Of a stretch of DNA of 64,000 nt, positions 9,831 through 18,293 are shown piece by piece; position 1 is the first letter of the stretch; each line of letters starts with the position of its first letter. This DNA is from an uncultured archaeon (lineage in GTDB: Archaea; Nanohalarchaeota; Nanosalinia; Nanosalinales; Nanosalinaceae). Below the pieces are notes generated by a model. That model was not told where the DNA came from, made no database searches, and saw nothing but the letters and a program-made list of their open reading frames with translations. Location: contig CAYQYU010000001.1 in assembly GCA_964421955.1 (NCBI GenBank), positions 1 to 64,000 on the forward strand. Direction: 5' to 3'. The position numbers and the translations under genes are program-made.

Positions 9831-10094
9831 TGGTAGGCTGGGCGGCTTGGGGTCGCCTGTTACCTGAAATCCTCGTTATGCAGGGGCCGAAAACCGGGGA
9901 GCGGCGTTCTCCTCGTGGTACGGACTCTGGATTTCGACTGTCGACGGTCCGTCCTTCGGGATGCTGCCTGGTGTGAACCGGGCCAGACCCTGACGGGAGC
10001 AGCCCTAAGCATCCGGTAGTATGTTCGGAGGGTGGCGGACCCGAGGTCGTGCCAGGGAAACCGGCCGCGGAGAGACGTCCACCCCCGGGAACCA
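9831..10094 (+). ncRNA. ffs: Archaeal SRP (7S) RNA
   Basis: 5' Alu-like TAGGCTGGGCGGCTTGGGGTCGCCTGTTACCTGAAAT; helix 8 GGGCCAGACCC-TGAC-GGGAGCAGCCC (9980-10005); long helix 5 pairs by eye; TGGT/ACCA terminal helix; TTTTAA box at 9802-9807; T-rich run downstream. Confidence 0.9.
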
Positions 10095-10282
10095 CTATTT
10101 TTCCTGTTATGCAGAAAAGCGGTTCACCAATATTTTTCGTCCAGGAAAATAGCTCAAAACTGTTTCTTCTGTATTACAATCAGGCCATAATACCCCATAA
10201 ATAGACTAATCGTATTACAAATCCACTCCCTGGGTTTAGTTTACAACTCTTTGGACCTAAAAGCTCTCTGGGGGAGAATACT

Positions 10283-10903
10283 CTGATACACGTCTACGGG
10301 ACCTCACACGTCTCGGATGAAAGCCTGGAGCTTATAGAGGAAAAGATAGAGGAGCATGACCCGGATATCGTCGCAATAGAACTCGATCTTCTCAGGCTCA
10401 ATGCTCTACTAAGCGGTCAGCAGACGTCCGAGGGACCGCTTTTCCTCAAACTACTCAAGAAGTTCCAGAACTCTGTCGGAGCGAAGACGGGAGTTATGCC
10501 AGGAGACGAGATGATCTACGCCTACAGGAAAGCGCTTTCTGAAGGAAGAGACGTCGCACTCATCGACCAGGATATACGGATAACCGTCGACCGGTTGAAG
10601 GAAGTTCCCCGGAAGGAAAAGACCAGGGCAGTGCTTGAAGCAGTCGCAGGGCTGATGCTGCCGGGAAAGTTCGACGTCCACAGCATACCTGAAGAAGAAC
10701 TCATAGGACAGATACTGGGAGAACTCGCAGACCGGTTTCCAGAGCTTCACCGCGTCCTCGTGGAAGAGCGGAACCAGGTCATGGCCGACTACTTGAGGAA
10801 TCTGAGGGACGAGAACCCGGACAGCGAAATCGTCGCCTTCGTTGGAGCAGGCCACCGGAAGGAGCTGGAACAGCTGCTCGATCCGCAGGAGAAACTTGAC
10901 TAG
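10283..10903 (+). CDS. TraB/PrgY/GumN family protein
   Basis: In-frame extension of the listed ORF gives IHVYGTSHVS...PDIVAIELD..R, followed by PGDEM, LIDQDI..T, LVEERN..MA and VGAGH. Start inferred at CTG 10283. Confidence 0.85.
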   Translation: MIHVYGTSHVSDESLELIEEKIEEHDPDIVAIELDLLRLNALLSGQQTSEGPLFLKLLKKFQNSVGAKTGVMPGDEMIYAYRKALSEGRDVALIDQDIRITVDRLKEVPRKEKTRAVLEAVAGLMLPGKFDVHSIPEEELIGQILGELADRFPELHRVLVEERNQVMADYLRNLRDENPDSEIVAFVGAGHRKELEQLLDPQEKLD

Positions 10904-10942
10904 GCCCTGAATTATAAACGTGCAATTGTTACTCCAGAGATT

Positions 10943-11629
10943 ATGGAGCTATATTACAGGAAAATCCTTCTCTTGATCGTTTTCGCGGCAGGAATCCTGT
11001 CGACCCCCTCTTTCATAGAACACTTCCTATACTTCATCACGGGACAGGTAGAAACCGTTATCCAGGGCAACTGGAAGCTGGTGGCTCTCAACATCATAGG
11101 CTTCCTGCTGTTCCTTATCCCCCTACGCTACCGGAGAAAAGCGGACTGGCGGGCCTATGGAATCTACACTGCATTCATCGTCTCACTCTTTGTCGAGATG
11201 TACGGAATTCCACTAACAGTCTATCTTTCATCCGCCGCCATCGCACCCACCATCTCGGCACCAGCCACACTATTCAGCTTCTCCTTCCTTGGACAGGATT
11301 TCGCGATGAACCTGTGGATGCTTGTGGGCGCCGCTATAACGGTTATGGGAATGGTTCTCGTCGCCGTGGGCTGGATCACAATCTACAGGAACGAGGACGA
11401 TCTCGTCACCAGCGGCGTCTACAGTTATTCGAGGCATCCTCAGTACCTGGGCATAATCCTGATCGCGGCAGGCTGGTTCATAGGCTGGCCAACACTTCTA
11501 ACAACGGTAATGTTTCCGGTGCTGGTATACACCTACTACAGAGTTTCACGGGAGGAAGAGGAAGAAGTTGCGGAAGAAGCCGGGGAAAGATACGAGAAAT
11601 ACCGCGAAACTGTTCCTATGTTTATCTAG
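10943..11629 (+). CDS. Isoprenylcysteine carboxyl methyltransferase/PEMT-family membrane protein
   Basis: [19 protein letters not shown]...Y..Y...VPMF and multiple TM segments. Confidence 0.85.
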   Translation: MELYYRKILLLIVFAAGILSTPSFIEHFLYFITGQVETVIQGNWKLVALNIIGFLLFLIPLRYRRKADWRAYGIYTAFIVSLFVEMYGIPLTVYLSSAAIAPTISAPATLFSFSFLGQDFAMNLWMLVGAAITVMGMVLVAVGWITIYRNEDDLVTSGVYSYSRHPQYLGIILIAAGWFIGWPTLLTTVMFPVLVYTYYRVSREEEEEVAEEAGERYEKYRETVPMFI

Positions 11630-11668
11630 AGGTACAAACTAAATAACTTGAGAACAGAAATCTAGAAT

Positions 11669-12148
11669 ATGACCGAGTTCGAGCGTGAACTTGTAAACGC
11701 ATTCAACAATTTTTTCGAGGAAGAAGACATCAACGGAATCGCGCATAGAAAGAAGCAGCACCGGTTTTCTTCCCAGCTCTGCGACGTGCTCGTTGATTCG
11801 GAGCACGACATGTTCTACCTCGCGATCGAGAACAAGTCGATAAAGGAGTCATCCACCGGAAAACTCTACTTTTCACAGCACTTCTCCGAAAGCGACAAGG
11901 GGCACCAGGTCGACCGGATATCGGACTTTCTCGACCGATCCGGCAGAAAAGGCCTTTTAGCGGTTGAAATCAAGCGCGGTAGAGGTCGGCCCCGTGAAGC
12001 GTTTGTCGTACCCTGGGAAGTCGTAAGAAGGCGGTACGAGGCCGGTGAGGCCGGCCTCAGCCTTGAAGAGATACGTGATCACCCCGAGATTCTGCGGTCC
12101 AGCGAGAGCTACTCTGTCGTCGATATCTGCACCAGGATGGAGCTTTAA
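11669..12148 (+). CDS. PD-(D/E)xK nuclease, Holliday-junction-resolvase-like
   Basis: FERELV start, CDVLVDS and AIENKS catalytic pattern. Confidence 0.7.
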   Translation: MTEFERELVNAFNNFFEEEDINGIAHRKKQHRFSSQLCDVLVDSEHDMFYLAIENKSIKESSTGKLYFSQHFSESDKGHQVDRISDFLDRSGRKGLLAVEIKRGRGRPREAFVVPWEVVRRRYEAGEAGLSLEEIRDHPEILRSSESYSVVDICTRMEL

Positions 12149-12184
12149 ACGGTTTTTTAACCTCGGAGCTCCAATTCTGGTACA

Positions 12185-12793
12185 ATGCCCTCAAGCTTCA
12201 GGTTTTCGATGGAGGAGATACAGTACCTTGTGGTCGCATCTCTAGTTACCGGTGCAGCCCTAACCGCCTACAGCGGAGAACTGGAGCTTGTAAACGGCGT
12301 CCTTTGGTCAGTGGCGTCGCTACTCGTAATTCTGACCCGGGAACTCGGGCAGAGAACACTCGCCGAGTGGATAGACGCATACGTCGATATGGAACTGTCT
12401 CTCTCCGGCTCCGGGACCACTCTGCTCGCAGCGATCATATCCGTGATGACACAGTTACCGATTATACTGCTTTTCCCCCTCGCGAACAGCTTTTCCGGGA
12501 AAAAATACGAGCACTGGGGCAAGAGCATCGACGCGGTCTGGATGAAGCGACAGTACTGGATTGTCTCCGGCGGCCTGGTGGCGCTTCTGGCAGGCTGGAC
12601 TATCACTTACTCGCTCGGCATCTCGAGAGCCGCGGAGGCGTACATACTCTTCACCCTCTTCCAGATGATGCCGTTCGACTACGAGGGCATCCCCACGGGC
12701 TGCCTGGACGGCGCCTACGTACTCAGGTGGAGCGGGCTCATGTGGCTGCTGATTACAGGCATCACAGTGCTTGGACTCGCCCTGACACTCTAA
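12185..12793 (+). CDS. Membrane protein, M50 (site-2 protease)-like, metal site degenerate
   Basis: TRELGQR at the HExxH position, QMMPF...LDG at the NxxP..DG position, multi-TM. Confidence 0.6.
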   Translation: MPSSFRFSMEEIQYLVVASLVTGAALTAYSGELELVNGVLWSVASLLVILTRELGQRTLAEWIDAYVDMELSLSGSGTTLLAAIISVMTQLPIILLFPLANSFSGKKYEHWGKSIDAVWMKRQYWIVSGGLVALLAGWTITYSLGISRAAEAYILFTLFQMMPFDYEGIPTGCLDGAYVLRWSGLMWLLITGITVLGLALTL

Positions 12794-12828
12794 CCAGTTT
12801 TATATTCCGGCCCCCGTAACCCATTTAC

Positions 12829-14091
12829 ATGCCGAAGATTTCTGTCGGCCGGGACGAAGAAGACCGGGAAGAACACGGTCTCAAGGGTACTGGCGTCATC
12901 GGGAAGCATCTTGTAGGTGAAAAGGAAGAGGCCCACCAGGCTAACCCCATACATTTCGACCTGGCGCGACCCCATGTCATGGGGATCTTCGGGAAAAGGG
13001 GTACAGGAAAGTCGTACTCGATGGGAGTCATAGCAGAAGAGCTCCACAACGCAGACATATCCGACAACCTCTCGACGATACTGATCGACCCTATGGGGAT
13101 TTACTGGTCTATGAAGAGGCCGAACGACCGCCAGGCCTCCGCGCTCGAACGGTGGGACACCAAGCCCCAGGCTTTTGACGCAAAGGTCTACATTCCCGAG
13201 GGCAAGACCAAGCACTTCGAGGAGCGGGAGATGCCCTACGATGACACTTTTACTTTAAATCCTGGAGCATTAACCGCGAAGGAGTGGTCGATGGCTTTCA
13301 GTATCGAGATGAACTCGGAGACAGGCATACTACTGGAACGGGCAATATCGAAACTCTCTGACGAGTTCGGGGAGGACTACTCGATCGACGAGATAATGGA
13401 GATAATCAAGAAGTTTGAGTTTTCCCGGGAAGTCGAACAGCGGCTGGAGAACCGTTTCATGACCGCAAAGGACTGGGGAATATTCGGCGAGGAATCATCG
13501 CTCGACAAGTTCACCCAGAGGGGAGAGCTATCGATCCTCGACGTTTCCGCCTTCGGGGAGATGGGCTCTGGCTGGTCTGTAAGATCGCTAGTCGTTGGAC
13601 TTCTCGGCAAAAAGATACTCAGGCAGAGGATGACCGCGAGAAGAGTCGAGGAGATCGATGAGATGGAGGGTCTCAACGAGAACGAGATGCCTATCGTCTG
13701 GATGATGATCGACGAGGCCCACGAGTTTCTACCCTCGGAAGGTCAAACCGCGGCATCACACCCTCTACTCAGGTGGGTCAAGATCGGACGTGAACCCGGA
13801 GTCTCGCTGGTGCTCGCGACCCAGCAGCCCGCGAAACTTCATCCCGACGGACTCTCACAGGCGGATGTCATTCTCTCACACCGCCTTACCGCGAGCCAGG
13901 ACATCGACGCCCTTGGAAACATAATGCACACCTACATGAGACACGACATAGAGCACTACATCGATGCACTACCCGACAGGACCGGTACAGGACTGATACT
14001 GGACGACAATTCGGAGCGCATCTACCCGCTACAGGTACGGCCAAGAAAATCCTGGCACGCAGGAGGAACACCGGACGCATTTGAAGACTGA
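12829..14091 (+). CDS. HerA/FtsK-like (DUF87) ATPase
   Basis: GKRGTGKSYS Walker A, IDPMG, IDEAHEF Walker B, GRE.G and ATQQP. Confidence 0.88.
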   Translation: MPKISVGRDEEDREEHGLKGTGVIGKHLVGEKEEAHQANPIHFDLARPHVMGIFGKRGTGKSYSMGVIAEELHNADISDNLSTILIDPMGIYWSMKRPNDRQASALERWDTKPQAFDAKVYIPEGKTKHFEEREMPYDDTFTLNPGALTAKEWSMAFSIEMNSETGILLERAISKLSDEFGEDYSIDEIMEIIKKFEFSREVEQRLENRFMTAKDWGIFGEESSLDKFTQRGELSILDVSAFGEMGSGWSVRSLVVGLLGKKILRQRMTARRVEEIDEMEGLNENEMPIVWMMIDEAHEFLPSEGQTAASHPLLRWVKIGREPGVSLVLATQQPAKLHPDGLSQADVILSHRLTASQDIDALGNIMHTYMRHDIEHYIDALPDRTGTGLILDDNSERIYPLQVRPRKSWHAGGTPDAFED

Positions 14092-14603
14092 TGATAACAG
14101 GAGGCATAACCACCAGACAGGTTCTCGAAGAGCTGGTGCTCGCTCCACTGAAGCACCCTGAGCTACTGCCCTCTCTTACACCGATCATCCTCGGAGCAAT
14201 CATAATAGAGCTCTACTTTGGCAGGTACAGCCAGGAACAGCTCGGCTGGAACACCTCGGTCGGTAACTCGATAATCTGGATCGCCACAGGAGTCAACCTT
14301 CTTATCAACTCCTCGCTGGAGCCGGTGGAAAGAAATGCGGCCTTCTTCCTGATAGCTGTAGGCGGGCTTGTGGGCTACATGGACTTCTTCCACAAGTGGT
14401 CATCGACCGTCGCATTCATGGTCTCATCCGCAGGAATAGTCTATTCTCTAGCCTACATAACAGTGGTTCTTGTCAAGACAGGCATCCCTATCAACAACAC
14501 CTCGATAAAGGCCTCCCTGATATTCCTTGTCGCGGTCAACATCGTGTTCAAGGTGATGCAGATGTTTGAGACATCGGCTGACAATCAATTTTCGATGAGA
14601 TAA
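14091..14603 (+). CDS. Hypothetical multi-pass membrane protein
   Basis: About 5 hydrophobic segments; start overlaps the HerA-like stop. Confidence 0.75.
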   Translation: MITGGITTRQVLEELVLAPLKHPELLPSLTPIILGAIIIELYFGRYSQEQLGWNTSVGNSIIWIATGVNLLINSSLEPVERNAAFFLIAVGGLVGYMDFFHKWSSTVAFMVSSAGIVYSLAYITVVLVKTGIPINNTSIKASLIFLVAVNIVFKVMQMFETSADNQFSMR

Positions 14604-14608
14604 AGGTG

Positions 14609-14615
14609 TTTATAA
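14609..14615 (+). promoter_or_regulatory. TATA box of probably leaderless hef transcript (example of a recurring pattern)
   Basis: TTTATAA 21 nt before ATG 14637; similar boxes precede 3724, 10943, 12185, 12829, 17776, 20978, 32305, 35362 and 43799. Confidence 0.6.
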
Positions 14616-14636
14616 TTTGAGCCTGAAAAATCTAGC

Positions 14637-16784
14637 ATGGTCCAGATGCTGAAAACCGACGAGCTCGAGTCACGCACCTACCAGGAAGTAATCGCCGCAT
14701 CTGCCTCCGACAGGAACACGCTCGTGGTCCTTCCAACGGGACTGGGAAAGACTGTCATCGCGGCTATGGTGGCCTCACGGAAAATCGAGGAGGGCAAAGT
14801 TCTATTCATGGCGCCGACCCGCCCCCTAGTGGAACAGCACCTCCAGACATTCGACGATTTGCTCGAAGTTGACCGCGAAGATATGCAGGTACTCACCGGA
14901 AAAACCAGGCCAGAGGAACGCTACAGATTGTGGAAGGAGAAGAAGATCTTCTTCGGGACACCGCAGGTGGTTGAAAACGATTTAATCGCGGACAAGGTTC
15001 CAAGAGAAGACTTCTCACTCGTGATATTCGATGAGGCTCACCGGGCAACGGGCGAGTACAGCTATGTATTCATTTCCGAGAAATTTACGGCACAGAAACT
15101 CGCATTGACCGCTTCACCTGGAGGCGACAAGGACCAGATCATGCAGGTGGCGGACAACCTCGATATCGGTAATTTCGAGGTCCGTACAGAAGACGATCCT
15201 GACGTGAAGCCATATATACAGGAGAAGAACGTCAACTGGAAACATGTCTCGCTTGACGATAGGTTCGAGAAAGCAAAAGAGCACATGGAGAAGACAAAAC
15301 GGAAGCAGCTGGAGAAACTTAAATCGCTCGGCATAATCGACTCCGCGAGCAGCGTATACAAGAGCGACCTGCTCGAACTCCGGGGAAAACTGAGTTCAAG
15401 GCTATCGACCGAGGACGACCCGAAGCTCTACCAGGCAGTCTCCCTGGTTGCGACCGCGTTAAAGGTTTCGCAGGCGATCGAGCTTCTCGAGACCCAGGGC
15501 GTATCCCAGTGCTACGACTACATCAATGGACTGGAAAACGACGATTCTAAAGCAGCCTCAAGAGCCCTGAAAGACGAGAATATGCAGAGCGCGAAAAGCC
15601 TTGTCGAGTACCTGAGGAAGAAGGGCGAAGAACATCCAAAGATGGACGCGCTCAGGAAAATACTCGGTGACCTTGAAGAAGACGATAAGGCGATAGTATT
15701 CACGGAGTACCGTGCATCCGCATCCAGCATCTCCGAGGAGCTCAACACATCCGGGCACAACTCGGTGATGTTCATCGGCCAGCAGGGCGAAAAAGGAATG
15801 ACCCAGACAAAGCAGATCGAGGTCCTTGAGGCTTTCGACTCCGGGAAGTACGATGTGCTTGTCTCGACCTCTATCGGTGAGGAGGGACTTGATATTCCCG
15901 CGGTCGACAAAGTTGTATTCTATGAGCCCGTCGCCTCGGGAATCCGTGATATACAGAGAGCGGGGAGAACAGGAAGGCAGGAGGCCGGAGAAGTCCATGT
16001 GCTGATAGCGGAGAACACCAGGGACGAGGGCAACTACTGGAGCTCCCACCACCGGAAGAAGCGGATGAATAATGTTCTGCAGGAGCTTAAAGACGAGACC
16101 CGCGACCGCGGAAAGCAGAAGACCCTCGACGGTTTTGGTGAGGGCGAAGACAAGCTGGTGATCTACGCCGACGACCGGGAGAACTCTGTCGCGAAGAAGC
16201 TGTCGAAGATGGAGGTCGAGGTCAGGAAAAAACGGCTTGAAGTCGGAGATTTCCTTGTATCCGACCGCACCTCGATCGAGAGAAAGAGCTGTGAGGACTT
16301 CGTGGACTCGATGCTGGACCAGCGGCTTTTCGAGCAGCTGCAGGAGCTGAAACAGTTTGAAAACCCCGTTCTACTGATTGAGGGAGAAGACCTGTACAGG
16401 CACCGGGACGTCCATCCCAACGCGATCCGTGGTGCATTGAGCTCAATCAGCCTGGAGTACCAGGTGCCAATTCTCTGGAGTTCTGGCGAGGATGAGACCG
16501 CTGAACTGCTTGTATCGCTCGCGAAGCGGGAACAGGAGGAGAACGATAGAGAGCTCGCTATACGAGGTGAAAGGTCTCCAAAGACCACGCAGGAGATGCA
16601 GAAGTTCGTGGTCGCAGGACTCCCGGACGTGAACACGAAGATTGCGGAACGTCTCCTCGAAGAGTTCGGGAGCATAGAGAAAGTATTTAGCTCTGGAAAA
16701 CAGGAATTAATGAACGTGGAAGGTATCGGCGAGAAAACCGCGGACAAGATCAGGGAGCTCGTGGAGGAACAGTACGGTGAATAA
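14637..16784 (+). CDS. hef: Hef: DEAH helicase fused to ERCC4/XPF nuclease and HhH
   Basis: PTGLGKT, DEAH, TASPG, EEGLD, QRAGRTGR; GDF...IERKS nuclease motif; two HhH motifs. Confidence 0.93.
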   Translation: MVQMLKTDELESRTYQEVIAASASDRNTLVVLPTGLGKTVIAAMVASRKIEEGKVLFMAPTRPLVEQHLQTFDDLLEVDREDMQVLTGKTRPEERYRLWKEKKIFFGTPQVVENDLIADKVPREDFSLVIFDEAHRATGEYSYVFISEKFTAQKLALTASPGGDKDQIMQVADNLDIGNFEVRTEDDPDVKPYIQEKNVNWKHVSLDDRFEKAKEHMEKTKRKQLEKLKSLGIIDSASSVYKSDLLELRGKLSSRLSTEDDPKLYQAVSLVATALKVSQAIELLETQGVSQCYDYINGLENDDSKAASRALKDENMQSAKSLVEYLRKKGEEHPKMDALRKILGDLEEDDKAIVFTEYRASASSISEELNTSGHNSVMFIGQQGEKGMTQTKQIEVLEAFDSGKYDVLVSTSIGEEGLDIPAVDKVVFYEPVASGIRDIQRAGRTGRQEAGEVHVLIAENTRDEGNYWSSHHRKKRMNNVLQELKDETRDRGKQKTLDGFGEGEDKLVIYADDRENSVAKKLSKMEVEVRKKRLEVGDFLVSDRTSIERKSCEDFVDSMLDQRLFEQLQELKQFENPVLLIEGEDLYRHRDVHPNAIRGALSSISLEYQVPILWSSGEDETAELLVSLAKREQEENDRELAIRGERSPKTTQEMQKFVVAGLPDVNTKIAERLLEEFGSIEKVFSSGKQELMNVEGIGEKTADKIRELVEEQYGE

Positions 16785-17229
16785 AGCCCTGATAGTCGGC
16801 ATAGATCCTGGTTCGACCTCCGCTGTCGCCGCAATCGATCTTGAGGGAGAGATGAGGCTTCTCGAAAGCCGGCGCGAGTTCCCCCCGAGCGAGATAATCC
16901 AGCAAATAATTGGAGAAGGTAAACCGGTAATTGTAGCGTGCGACACTGAGAAGATGCCTTCTACAGTGGAGAAGATCGCCAGCTCTCTGGGAGCAAAAAA
17001 GTTTGTGCCCCGGGAAGACCTGGGAAAACAGAGAAAGGAGGAGCTCGGAGAAGGTGATAACTCGCACGAGAAAGACGCGACAGCCTCGGCGGTCCACGCA
17101 TACAGGAATCTGCAGCGGGAGATAAGGAAGATCAAGCAGTTCAGTGATGAACGGGAAGAAGAGCTCAGCGATGTCGCCGACACGTATTTTTCTGAAAACC
17201 TCACCCGGCTTAAGCAGAGAAGCTCATGA
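16777..17229 (+). CDS. DUF460-like RNase H-fold protein (short form)
   Basis: LIVGIDPG...AVA, G.PVIVA.D, NSHEKDA..SA..AY. Confidence 0.75.
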   Translation: MNKALIVGIDPGSTSAVAAIDLEGEMRLLESRREFPPSEIIQQIIGEGKPVIVACDTEKMPSTVEKIASSLGAKKFVPREDLGKQRKEELGEGDNSHEKDATASAVHAYRNLQREIRKIKQFSDEREEELSDVADTYFSENLTRLKQRSS

Positions 17230-17738
17230 TCCCCGATCTCAACCCGGATGAAATGGACGAGAGACAGGAAAAGCTCTACGAGACCTCCGTATTTCTCGCC
17301 CGGCTGCTTGCCGCAGGTATTGTCTTCCAGGCAATACTCTTTATCTACCCGGACACTTACAGCTTACAGGCCGGTCTAACTGGGCTTGTATCAACGTTAC
17401 TGAACTGGATCGGGGTTCCTTCATATTACGAGGGAATATTCATTTTCCTGGGTGAATCCTCCTTCAGGGTTACACAGGACTGCCTGGGATGGAAATCGAT
17501 CGCGGCCTTTATGGGACTCATGTTTGCCTCCTCGGGAAATTTGCGTGAACACAGGAACTTCATCCTCGCCGGTATTTCTGCACTGGTTGTCGGAAATGTT
17601 GTCAGAGTTATCACAACCATCTACCTCAGCCACATCAATCTGATCTCGTTTGAAATCATCCACGGCATATTCTGGAAGTGGGGTCTCACGGCCCTAGTTC
17701 TTGTCCTGTGGCTCTACTGGCTGAGAAAACGGCATTAA
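17226..17738 (+). CDS. Archaeosortase/exosortase-family membrane protein
   Basis: Multi-TM protein with C (VTQDCLG), R (GNVVRV) and H (IIHG) in exosortase-family spacing. Confidence 0.8.
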   Translation: MIPDLNPDEMDERQEKLYETSVFLARLLAAGIVFQAILFIYPDTYSLQAGLTGLVSTLLNWIGVPSYYEGIFIFLGESSFRVTQDCLGWKSIAAFMGLMFASSGNLREHRNFILAGISALVVGNVVRVITTIYLSHINLISFEIIHGIFWKWGLTALVLVLWLYWLRKRH

Positions 17739-17775
17739 GGGAACCTTTAAATAACACTAAAATGAAGTTGTGGGT

Positions 17776-18198
17776 ATGAAGAGAAAAGGAATCTCTCCTT
17801 TAATTGCGGCTGTTCTTCTTATTGCTTTTACAATGGCTGTCGCATCTCTGTTTGCACAGTGGGCTCCACAACTTATGGAGGAAGCCCAGGGTGAAACCAA
17901 GAACCAGTCCGGAGAAATCCAGAGATGCTCCGGGATCGTAATGGAAGTTGTAAGCGGGAACGAAAGCCACGTAACCGTCCAGCAGCAGGCCGGCGGTACC
18001 GCGGTAGGAAACCTTTCCGCAACCTGGTTCTACACCGATGGGACCTCTCCAAAGCAGAAGTACATGAATATCGACCAGGCAAGGGGAGTTGATAGTACCA
18101 ACATTTCCGACCCAAGCAGCGTAAGTGCAGACACGCTTGACTTCATCAGGATCAACGCGATAGGTTGCGAAGGGGCTCCAAACACCGAGTACCCATAA
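17776..18198 (+). CDS. Type IV pilin (archaellin/pilin N-terminal class III signal)
   Basis: MKRKG/ISPLIAAVLLIAFT; Cys pair; TTTAAATA box at 17746-17753; T-rich terminator after the stop. Confidence 0.9.
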   Translation: MKRKGISPLIAAVLLIAFTMAVASLFAQWAPQLMEEAQGETKNQSGEIQRCSGIVMEVVSGNESHVTVQQQAGGTAVGNLSATWFYTDGTSPKQKYMNIDQARGVDSTNISDPSSVSADTLDFIRINAIGCEGAPNTEYP

Positions 18199-18293
18199 CT
18201 TCTCTCATTTTTATTCACCTTCTCTATTATCTGCAGAACTAGCATCAGTATAACCCTTCTCTTTTTATTCCAGTTGCGACAAGGTTCTCCTGT

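Noticed and set aside
11669-14603. HerA-nuclease anti-phage or HerA-NurA repair module
   Set aside because: The nuclease and ATPase have separate TATA boxes with a gene between them; no NurA/Mre11/Rad50 or Sir2 partner; composition is native.
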